Virus record (IMG/VR): IMGVR_UViG_3300045256_000050
Coordinates: 62,001-126,000 of that record
Strand: one strand, 5' to 3'
Length of the DNA: 64,000 nt
Below are positions 56,489 through 64,000 of the stretch, in pieces; within the stretch, counting starts at the first letter, position 1; each line of letters starts with the position of its first letter. The position numbers were made by a program, and so were the translations under genes. The notes below the pieces were generated by a model. The model was not told the origin of the DNA. It ran no database searches and saw only the letters and a list, made by a program, of their open reading frames with translations.

Positions 56489-59065
56489 ATGGCTTGGTAC
56501 GATTTCTTCAAGCTTTTTACACGGGCGTTCCAGAACGACCCGCTCGCCCAGAAAGACGGGCGGGACTTCCCGAACGCCGGTGTTTCACAACCGGACGCCA
56601 TGCCCGACGTGCGGGCGATGGCCGACGGCACGCTGGGTGGCCGTGGGTCCGTTCGCCTTCGTGACACGAACGAGATGGTTGACCTGTCCACGGTCACGAA
56701 CCGCCTCCACCGTTATAAAGAGTACGAGCGGTTGCGAAACATGCCCGAGATCGAGATGGCGATGACCGTCTTCGCCGACGAGGCGTGTCTGGCGGGCGAT
56801 ACTAAGATCGCTACCCCGGCATACGACGGGGGGTTTCGCACTCTCGAATGGCTCGCAGAGAACAAGAAGGGCGAACGCTTCCTGGTATATTGCTGGGACT
56901 TCGCAAAAGAAGACTACACGTTGGGCTGGGCCTACGACCCCCGGCTCGTTAAGGAAGAGGAAACCGTCCGGGTCATGCTCGACGACGGTAGCTCGTTCGT
57001 CGCCACCCGTGACCACCGTATCTTGACTAAGGATCAGAAGTGGCGGAACGCAGGCGAACTGAAGGAAGGCGACCTGCTGATGCCGTTCTACCGGGTGAAC
57101 CCTCGGGTCGGCGAGGATCAGCCGAAGGTCCGCCAGTTCCCCCGAATCTTCACCAACCGCAAGGGGTGGATCAACGAGCGGCAGTTCGTGGACGAATGGA
57201 AGACCGGCCGGGACGACCCGTTCTACGAGAAGGGTAACAAGTTCTGCCGAATGCTGTGCGAGGGCTTGACCGTCCGTCAAATCTACGGCGGCGGGCACGG
57301 CGACTTCGACACGATCAAACGGCACATGGAGAAGTGCGGGTTTAGTAACGCTGAACTCAAACAACTGGCGAAGAAGGAACCGGCTCGGCGGGTGATCGGG
57401 GTTGCCCCGAACGGCGTCCAGAAGGTGTACGACCTGTCGGTTGAGAAGCACGAGAACTTCTGCACGGATTGGGGTGTAGCCCACAACTGCCAGAAGGACG
57501 ACAGCGGCCGGGCGTTCCAGATCGTTTGCAAGAACCAGGACATTCAAGAAGAACTGGAGTTCCTGTGCTTCCACCGCAAGATGCTGAACCTGGATCAGAA
57601 GAAGTGCTGGAACCGGGCGAAGCAGTTGTTCATCAACGGCGACGACTTCTGGGAAGTCGTGATCGACCCGGAGAACCCGTCTCGGGGCATCGTTAACATC
57701 GTCCCGCTCCCGCCGGACACGATGTACCGTATTGAAACCACGAAGGGGCGGCTGGTCGAGTTCCAGCAGTCTAAAGAAGGCCCGGACTACGATTCGCTGG
57801 CCCGTGTCGAGGTTACGAAAGCGACTGACCTGGACTTGATGCAGGCGAAGGCCATCCGGTTTGCGCCTCAGCAGATCGTCCACATCCGTATCGGCGACGA
57901 CCGGAAGACGTTCTACCCGTATGGTGTTTCACTGATCGAAGCCGCCCGTGGCCCGGCCCACCAGTTGCGGCTGATGGAAGACGCCATGTTGGTGTATCGG
58001 TTGACCCGTGCCCCAGAACGGCGTGTGTTCTATATTGATACACAACAGTACAGCGGTGCCCGTGCCGAAGCCTTCATCGAGCGGATGAAGGATCAGTTCA
58101 AGAAGAAGAAGGTTCCGAAGCAGTTCAACGCCGAAGGGGCGAGTGCGGTTGAAGAACGGTGGCACGCACCGGCTGCGGACGAGGACTACTGGATTCCGAT
58201 CCGGCCGAACTCGAACACCCGTATCGAAACCCTCCCAGGGGCACAGAACTTGGGCGAAATCGACGATACGGTCTACTTCCGTAACAAGCTGTTCGTGTCG
58301 ATGAACTTCCCGAAGAACTACTTCAACAACGAGGACGCCCAGGCGACCAGAATCAGCCTGTCCGCCCAGGACGTGAAGTTCGCCCGGATGATCGAGCGGC
58401 TTCAGAGCCACATGGAAGACGGGCTGTGGGAACTGTGTGACCGCCACCTGAAGCTCCGTGGGTATCCCGAGGAGATGTACGAAGACCTTGAGATCAAGAT
58501 GACCCCGCCGAGCGATTGGCGGGAACTCACCCGGTCCGAGGTTGTTACGGCTCGCATCGGTAACGCCGGGTCGTTGAAGGGTTCTCAGTTGATGAGCGAC
58601 TTCGACATCCTGACGAAGTGGATGAAGTACCCGGACGACGAGGCCAAGATCATGCTGGCCCGGCTGAAGATTCAGAAGATCGAAGACCTGAAGTTGCAGA
58701 TCATCGCCCAGAACCCGCAGTTGTTGGGTGTTGGTCTACCGTCGGATGACGAACAACAGGTCGGTGCCGAGGCCGGGTTGGGCCAGCCGATGTTGGGCGG
58801 CGACCCGATGGCTGGTGGCGGTGCCCCTCCGGGCGGTATGCCACCGGCTCCGGGTGGTGCCCCGATGGGTGGCGCTCCTGGTGCGGCCCCGCCGCCTCCG
58901 GGTGGCGGTATGCCTGGGATGAGCATGGCGGCGGAAACCCCGCCTGTGGGTGGCGGTCAGCCGCTCCCCCAACCGGCGTTGGACGACATCGCCAAGTACG
59001 ACCTGGAGATCAAGGATTACGGGTCGGAGCAGGACGAAGAAGAGATCGACAACTCGGAGATGTAA
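56489..59065 (+). CDS. gp20: Portal protein (T4 gp20-like) with intein
   Basis: PEIEMAM..FADEA, FINGDDFWE, QLRLMEDAMLVYRLTRAPERRVFYID, EDYWIPIR...IETLPGAQNLGEIDD. Confidence 0.95.
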   Translation: MAWYDFFKLFTRAFQNDPLAQKDGRDFPNAGVSQPDAMPDVRAMADGTLGGRGSVRLRDTNEMVDLSTVTNRLHRYKEYERLRNMPEIEMAMTVFADEACLAGDTKIATPAYDGGFRTLEWLAENKKGERFLVYCWDFAKEDYTLGWAYDPRLVKEEETVRVMLDDGSSFVATRDHRILTKDQKWRNAGELKEGDLLMPFYRVNPRVGEDQPKVRQFPRIFTNRKGWINERQFVDEWKTGRDDPFYEKGNKFCRMLCEGLTVRQIYGGGHGDFDTIKRHMEKCGFSNAELKQLAKKEPARRVIGVAPNGVQKVYDLSVEKHENFCTDWGVAHNCQKDDSGRAFQIVCKNQDIQEELEFLCFHRKMLNLDQKKCWNRAKQLFINGDDFWEVVIDPENPSRGIVNIVPLPPDTMYRIETTKGRLVEFQQSKEGPDYDSLARVEVTKATDLDLMQAKAIRFAPQQIVHIRIGDDRKTFYPYGVSLIEAARGPAHQLRLMEDAMLVYRLTRAPERRVFYIDTQQYSGARAEAFIERMKDQFKKKKVPKQFNAEGASAVEERWHAPAADEDYWIPIRPNSNTRIETLPGAQNLGEIDDTVYFRNKLFVSMNFPKNYFNNEDAQATRISLSAQDVKFARMIERLQSHMEDGLWELCDRHLKLRGYPEEMYEDLEIKMTPPSDWRELTRSEVVTARIGNAGSLKGSQLMSDFDILTKWMKYPDDEAKIMLARLKIQKIEDLKLQIIAQNPQLLGVGLPSDDEQQVGAEAGLGQPMLGGDPMAGGGAPPGGMPPAPGGAPMGGAPGAAPPPPGGGMPGMSMAAETPPVGGGQPLPQPALDDIAKYDLEIKDYGSEQDEEEIDNSEM
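56786..57487 (+). mobile_element. Intein (234 aa) in the portal protein
   Basis: Block A CLAGDTKI, block B VATRDHRIL, block F VYDLSVEKHENF, terminal HN followed by +1 Cys. Confidence 0.95.
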
Positions 59066-59067
59066 CG

Positions 59068-59098
59068 AAAGAACCCGGCGAAAGCCGGGTTCTTTTTT
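59068..59098. terminator. Bidirectional rho-independent terminator
   Basis: AAAGAACCCGGC-GAAA-GCCGGGTTCTTTTTT between convergent genes. Confidence 0.9.
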
Positions 59099-59417
59099 AA
59101 CCTTCGCCGCCGTTGGACCCCCGGTCGGCCATCGGGGCTACAACCTCGTCGGGTTCCTTGTTACGCAAGTCCCCGTCCCGGAATGCGCCCTTCCGCTCGT
59201 GGGCCACCTTGTCCATCAACTCTTGGAGTTCCGAGTTGCCCTCGTCGTCGGCTAATTGCTGGAGAAACGTGAAGAATTCGGTGTGGTAGGTACTCACTAA
59301 TAACTTAGCGAGATTCTTCAGGTCGTTTTCGTAGTCTCCAGCCTTGTCTTGGTCGAGGCCGTACTTCGCTCCAAATGACTCCCGATGCTGCCTGACCCAA
59401 TCTTTGAATTTGCCCAT
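59097..59417 (-). CDS. Small acidic protein with MGKFKDW N-terminus
   Basis: ORF track 59097..59447; ATG 59417 preferred. Confidence 0.7.
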   Translation of the reverse strand: MGKFKDWVRQHRESFGAKYGLDQDKAGDYENDLKNLAKLLVSTYHTEFFTFLQQLADDEGNSELQELMDKVAHERKGAFRDGDLRNKEPDEVVAPMADRGSNGGEG

Positions 59418-59567
59418 GATGCCTCTGAAAAAACGACCGTGCGGCATAACTACAGGTTAGTAGGCATTATTTGCCGCCACCGTATATAAGCGAACGTACC
59501 GTCAAATCGGCCGCACGGACCATAGATAATAGCGAGAGTGGCAAACATTATCGAGGAGTTAAGAGAT

Positions 59568-61400
59568 ATGCGACGTAAACTCATCAAGCAAGATGCCTTC
59601 GAGCAGATCGCCAATACCTCAATCAATGCAGCAGCTACCGAGTTAGTCGAAGCCGGTGATGTCCTAGCCAAGAAGCTTGGCAAGGGCACTCTCTCGCTTC
59701 ACTGCTTTAATGAATCCACTGCTGTTTACGAATCGGATGACGAAACCTACGTCCACGCCGGTTACGAGATTGAGAATGGTAAGATCACCTTCCAGAACAT
59801 CGAGGAACTGGTTGTAGACCACGACTCGAAGAAGGAAAAGCAGAAGGCAATTCTGTCGGAAGTTCTCGATGCCGTTTTGACGGATAACAACGAGAAGGCA
59901 TCCGAACTGTACAAGGGCTACCTGGGCCTTCACTCGTGGAACGAGTCGAAGAAGATGTTGTTCGGTAAGGACGACAAGAAGGACGGCAAGAAGATGCCGC
60001 CGTGGCTCAAGGGCAAGAAGGATAAGGATGGCGATGACGAGAAGGACGGCAAGAAAGTTCCGGCCTTCATGAAGAAGAAGGGCGACAAGAAGGACAAGAA
60101 GGGTGACAAGAAGTCCCCGGAGTTCATCAAGAACCTGAAGGGTGCTGGCAAGAAGATCGAGGAAGCTTGGCACGTTGCTAACAACGTCCTCAGCTACGTC
60201 GAGTTCGTCAACCTCGGCCCGGTTCTGTCTGAGTCCGCAGTCGCTACCGACGACAACGGCAACGTTGTTGGCGTTCAGATTCCGACCGTTAAGGTTCGCA
60301 ACGAGGGTAAGGTTCTCAAGTTCAACTGGCGCACTCTCAACGAGAAGTGCAAGAGCCTGCGTGAGTCCGCTCTTTCCCTGTGGGAGAACCAGAAGTTCTG
60401 CAAGTTGGTTGCGGAACTGAAGAAGCAGAACAACGTCTCCAACCCGCAGGCTCTCGAAGAGTCGCTGGAAGAGATTGTCAAAGAATTCCCGCAAGTCCTC
60501 TACGCCACCCAGAGCGAACTCGCTCAGGTGATCGGCGAGTCGCTGCGTCTTGTTGGTGTTACCAACTACGGCGACCGGGACTGTGAATTCTTGGCCGAGG
60601 GCGTTCTGCGTCACGCACACGGTTCGTACTCCGAGCGTGTTAACCAAATCCTGCATCTCGCTTCCGCCCCGAAGGTTGAAGAAGGTACTGATCCTTACGA
60701 GTTCTTCCAGAGCGTCGTAGAGCAGTTCTTCCCGGCCGTGGACGAGAAGTTCGAGTTGGAGCAGCGTGTGTTCAGCGACTTGTACGAGTCGTTCGAGAAC
60801 ATCTACAAGGCCGCAGACCGTCGTGGCGACCGTGAAACCATGAAGGTTTCCGCCAGCTACCTGAACGATCTGGCCGACGTACTCAACGGCGATGCGAAGG
60901 CAGATGTCTCGCTGGCCGAAGAAGCTGCCACCTTCCTCGTTGACTTCATCGAAGCCAACCTGCCGGGTGCTGGTAGCTGGAACGTAAGCAACAAGCCGCA
61001 CGTCACGGTTGTGGGCGACCACCCGGACATGGCTAAGAAGGCTTCCGTTGACGGCGTGCCGGGCAAGTACAAGGGCGATTGGGGTGACGAAGCCCCGATG
61101 ATCGGCCAGGACGACAACAACTACAAGGGCAAGCACTCCAAGACCGCACGCAAGTCGTCGTGGGGCAACGAGGGTGGTAGCGATACCTTCCCGAGCTTGA
61201 AGAACCCATACGTTCCGAAGCCTTTCGGTGATTACACAATGAAGGGCGAGAAGGGCGTTGATAAGGAAGCAACCGGCCAGCACCACTCGACGTGGCAGTC
61301 TAAGGACACTTGGCCGACCCTCCAGAACCCGTATGTCCCGAAGGCCGAGACTCCGAAGTCTTACAAGATGAAGGAAAAAGACCTGATCGTAGACAAGTAA
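59568..61400 (+). CDS. Large putative prohead core protein
   Basis: Lies between portal and protease; GAGGAG SD; Lys/Asp low-complexity block; capsid-like codon usage. Confidence 0.6.
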   Translation: MRRKLIKQDAFEQIANTSINAAATELVEAGDVLAKKLGKGTLSLHCFNESTAVYESDDETYVHAGYEIENGKITFQNIEELVVDHDSKKEKQKAILSEVLDAVLTDNNEKASELYKGYLGLHSWNESKKMLFGKDDKKDGKKMPPWLKGKKDKDGDDEKDGKKVPAFMKKKGDKKDKKGDKKSPEFIKNLKGAGKKIEEAWHVANNVLSYVEFVNLGPVLSESAVATDDNGNVVGVQIPTVKVRNEGKVLKFNWRTLNEKCKSLRESALSLWENQKFCKLVAELKKQNNVSNPQALEESLEEIVKEFPQVLYATQSELAQVIGESLRLVGVTNYGDRDCEFLAEGVLRHAHGSYSERVNQILHLASAPKVEEGTDPYEFFQSVVEQFFPAVDEKFELEQRVFSDLYESFENIYKAADRRGDRETMKVSASYLNDLADVLNGDAKADVSLAEEAATFLVDFIEANLPGAGSWNVSNKPHVTVVGDHPDMAKKASVDGVPGKYKGDWGDEAPMIGQDDNNYKGKHSKTARKSSWGNEGGSDTFPSLKNPYVPKPFGDYTMKGEKGVDKEATGQHHSTWQSKDTWPTLQNPYVPKAETPKSYKMKEKDLIVDK

Positions 61401-61418
61401 TCGAATGGGAAGTCCAAC

Positions 61419-61447
61419 AGGGGGCGGTTCGCCGCCCCCTTATTTTC
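61419..61447 (+). terminator. Rho-independent terminator
   Basis: AGGGGGCGG-TTCG-CCGCCCCCT followed by TATTTT. Confidence 0.8.
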
Positions 61448-61467
61448 ACAATCTGGAAAGAGGTTAA

Positions 61468-62133
61468 ATGGACAAGATTTTGCTGATCGATTGCTGTGAC
61501 CACGGCGGGGTTACTCTCAATCTTAATGAATCAACTACCGTGCGCAACGGTAAGACCATCTTCCGTGGTAAGTTCCAAGAAGCGGAAGCCGTCAACAAGA
61601 ACAAGCGTAGCTACCCATTCGACGTGTTGGACGAGAACGTTCACGGTCTTCAGGCAGCTATCAAGGACCGTCGTCTCATCGGTGAATTGGATCACCCGAC
61701 GGACTCTATCGTACACTTCGCCAACGCATCTCACCTTGTTACGAAACTGTGGTGGGAGGGCAACATCCTGATGGGTGAGGGCGAAATCCTGAACACCCCC
61801 AGCGGCAAGGTTCTTAAGGCACTCCTTGAGGACGGCGTGAAGGTGGGTATTAGCTCCCGTGGCGTAGGCAACGGGAAGGTAAACGAGGACGGCGTACTCG
61901 TTATTGGTGAAGGCTACAAGCTTATTACCTTTGACGCTGTTGCTGATCCTTCCACGTTCGATGCCTTCCAAGAGAAGGTTGTATCGGGCCGTCGGAACGA
62001 AAGCCGTGAAACGAAGGAAATTGCTAAGAATGTGACTGTGAAAAATGAGAGCAGTCGCATAGATACCACCGTAATCAAAGAGACGTTGATCGCAGCCCTC
62101 GGTGGGATCGTGAACTCAAAGGTTGCTGAATAA
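61468..62133 (+). CDS. gp21: Prohead core protease (T4 gp21-like)
   Basis: GELDHP, SHLVTKLW, NTPSGKVL, VGISSRGVG, TFDAVADPS. Confidence 0.95.
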   Translation: MDKILLIDCCDHGGVTLNLNESTTVRNGKTIFRGKFQEAEAVNKNKRSYPFDVLDENVHGLQAAIKDRRLIGELDHPTDSIVHFANASHLVTKLWWEGNILMGEGEILNTPSGKVLKALLEDGVKVGISSRGVGNGKVNEDGVLVIGEGYKLITFDAVADPSTFDAFQEKVVSGRRNESRETKEIAKNVTVKNESSRIDTTVIKETLIAALGGIVNSKVAE

Positions 62134-62152
62134 CATAGGCGAGGTTAACAAT

Positions 62153-63076
62153 ATGAACAAGGTACTAGAAGCTTTGAAGAAGATTCTGCCTGCCGAGCAT
62201 GTGCAAGAAGTCGCAACGGCCGTTGAAGCCATGATCGCTGAAGCCGAGGCGAAGATCGAAGCTAAGAAGGAAAAGGAATTCAACGCTAAGCTCCTCGAAG
62301 CTTACGACAAGGTTTCGGCTGAACTGCAAGAAGCAGAAGCAACGGCCGAGACGGGTTACAAGCAAGCTTTCGCTCACATTCAGGAGTTGACTCTGCGTCT
62401 GGAACGCCAGCAGGAAGAGTTCGACAACCTGATGGACGAGGGCTTCAGCGAAGCATACGAGATGCTGGAGAAGGAACAGGCCAAGAACAACAATCTCGAA
62501 GTCGAGATGTACGAAGAGTTCAACAACCGCCTGAAGCGGATGAAGGACATGTTCGTCGAGAAGTTCGACCAGTTCAGCCAAATCCAGTACGCCGAAATCT
62601 ACGAAGCCGCTCGTCGGGACATCATGAATGACCCACGGATGGTGGAACACAAGGTCGCTCTGGACAAGATCATCGACATCGTTGGCAACTACGTTAGCGA
62701 AGAAGACTTCGCTGGTGTAAACAGCACGAAGGTCAATGAGGCGTTCAAGGCGGTCGAAGACCTGAAGGGTCAAGTCCGGGTGCTGGAAGCCCGTAACGTG
62801 CGTCTGTCCACTCAGAACAACAAGCTCAACGAGCAGGTTCGTGAGATGAACAACATGCTTACGGAAAGCACCAAAGTTGAAAAGCAAGAACGGAAGCGAG
62901 TAGCAGGAACAGCAAGTGGGCGTGGAAGCAAGGTGCTTGGTGGTAAGGAGCAGATCATTGCCGAATACCACAATCCGCAGGCACAACAACAAGATGATGA
63001 CGGTCAATCGTTGGTTGAAAACAACGCAGCGTTGGAAGACCTGCTCGCTCTCGCCGGTTTGACGGAGCAAAAGTAA
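62153..63076 (+). CDS. gp22: Prohead scaffolding protein (gp22-like)
   Basis: Acidic coiled-coil protein between protease and capsid genes; GAGG SD. Confidence 0.75.
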   Translation: MNKVLEALKKILPAEHVQEVATAVEAMIAEAEAKIEAKKEKEFNAKLLEAYDKVSAELQEAEATAETGYKQAFAHIQELTLRLERQQEEFDNLMDEGFSEAYEMLEKEQAKNNNLEVEMYEEFNNRLKRMKDMFVEKFDQFSQIQYAEIYEAARRDIMNDPRMVEHKVALDKIIDIVGNYVSEEDFAGVNSTKVNEAFKAVEDLKGQVRVLEARNVRLSTQNNKLNEQVREMNNMLTESTKVEKQERKRVAGTASGRGSKVLGGKEQIIAEYHNPQAQQQDDDGQSLVENNAALEDLLALAGLTEQK

Positions 63077-63113
63077 GGTTCACTAACACTGAGAAATAAA
63101 GGAAACATAACCT

Positions 63114-64000
63114 ATGATGAATTCCCGATTCTTGAACGAAGCTAAGGCCATCGAACAAAAGTGGGCCAAGACTAAGCTTCTCAACAAGATTGAAGACCGC
63201 TTCACTCGTTCCGCCACTGCTGTTCTTCTGGAAAACCAGTGGTTGATGAATGAAGCGATGACGGATACGGGCGACATTGCCAGCTTCAAGCGTATTAGCA
63301 TTCCGCTGGTTCGCCGTATCTACCCGCAGTTGATTGCGAACAAGATTGTGTCGGTTCAGCCGCTTCTCGGCCCGACGGGTCTTGTGTACTACCTCCGCTT
63401 CCGCTACTCGTCCAACAAGGGCGGCATGCGTGGCGCAAGCCTCCAGGGCGGCTACCCGAGCGACGACGCAGCATCGCTGCAACAGTTGGCTTCCGGTGAC
63501 GGCAACCTGGAAATCTACTACACCCACCAGTTCGTACAGAACGAAGTTTCTTCGACGCATCCGGGTGGTAGCAGCGTAGCAGCAGTGTACGCACCGCTGG
63601 AACACACTCCGGTTCTTCCGGGTGCGTTCACCGGCACCGTGTACGACGGCAGCACCGCAATCCAGACCTTCATTGTGTCCACGTCTGGCGTGTTCACCTT
63701 CACGGACATCGGCACCCCGACCGTCAAGGCTCAGTCGAGCGGTTCGTCCATCGACCTGAACACCGGCGAAGTTGTTCTGCAATGGACCGGCGGCGATCCT
63801 GGTGACAACCACTTCGTTGCCTCCTACGAGTACAACATGGAGTGCAACCAAGACCTTCCTGAAGTCAACCTCGTCGTTGAGTCGGAAGAAATCGCAGCCA
63901 AGACCCGTAAGTTGAAGGCTGTGTGGAGCTACGAGGCTCAGCAAGACCTGCGTTCCCAGCACAACCTGGACGCCGAAGCTGAGTTGACGAGCGTCCTGGC
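63114..64000 (+). CDS. gp23: Major capsid protein (gp23-like), partial; runs off right edge
   Basis: Manual translation (absent from ORF track): TAVLLENQ, IPLVRRIYP, VSVQPLLGPTGLVYYLR, AAKTRKLKAVWSYEAQQDL...LDAEAEL. Confidence 0.97.
   Translation, partial: MMNSRFLNEAKAIEQKWAKTKLLNKIEDRFTRSATAVLLENQWLMNEAMTDTGDIASFKRISIPLVRRIYPQLIANKIVSVQPLLGPTGLVYYLRFRYSSNKGGMRGASLQGGYPSDDAASLQQLASGDGNLEIYYTHQFVQNEVSSTHPGGSSVAAVYAPLEHTPVLPGAFTGTVYDGSTAIQTFIVSTSGVFTFTDIGTPTVKAQSSGSSIDLNTGEVVLQWTGGDPGDNHFVASYEYNMECNQDLPEVNLVVESEEIAAKTRKLKAVWSYEAQQDLRSQHNLDAEAELTSVL

Larger units (their letters stand above)
1..64000. mobile_element. Segment of a large T4-like (gp23-type capsid, contractile tail) bacteriophage genome, morphogenesis region
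   Basis: Terminase, gp20-like portal, gp21-like protease, gp23-like capsid, tape measure and baseplate genes all present; no host housekeeping operon, integrase or att site seen. Confidence 0.95.

Noticed and set aside
57070-57390. Homing endonuclease within the portal intein
   Set aside because: No LAGLIDADG or HNH catalytic motif, and the region is too short for a full domain.
1-64000. Stop-codon reassignment, as seen in some large phages
   Set aside because: Conserved genes are intact under code 11, and TAA, TGA and TAG all terminate ORFs at sensible positions.
1-64000. tRNA genes, diversity-generating retroelement, introns
   Set aside because: No cloverleaf or T-loop signature, reverse transcriptase, template/variable repeat pair or interrupted gene noticed by eye. 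A tRNAscan/Infernal run would be needed to exclude them formally.

Overview
The whole 64 kb reads as one gene-dense, standard-code (table 11), GC-rich segment of a large T4-like myovirus genome, covering its morphogenesis region. From left to right: (1) a gp2-like DNA end protector, an 1841-aa tape measure and a contractile baseplate module (tube initiator, gp53/LysM, hub, gp5-like spike, gp25, gp6, gp7-like); (2) a fibre and accessory block with three paralogous PKD proteins, a macrodomain, a nucleoside deoxyribosyltransferase-like gene, several glycosyltransferase-type genes and an actin-like ATPase; (3) a mixed-strand accessory block with primase, a Cas4-like nuclease, three peptidases, an Asp-rich repeat protein, and WYL-like, CYTH and ferritin-like genes; (4) the head module with large terminase, an Acb1-like 2H phosphoesterase, an intein-containing portal, a large core protein, prohead protease, scaffold and a gp23 major capsid gene that runs off the right edge. 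I saw no tRNA, rRNA, CRISPR array, integrase, transposase or reverse transcriptase. The most unusual signals are three dispersed mini-genes that each resemble a different segment of gp23, a canonical A_AAA_AAG -1 frameshift candidate extending an 864-aa low-complexity protein, a shared C-terminal DWLxxGF tag, a glycosylation-type gene cluster interleaved with virion genes, and a Cys-rich spike without a recognisable lysozyme domain in a genome carrying three proteases. All family assignments come from motifs recognised by eye; no database search was run.
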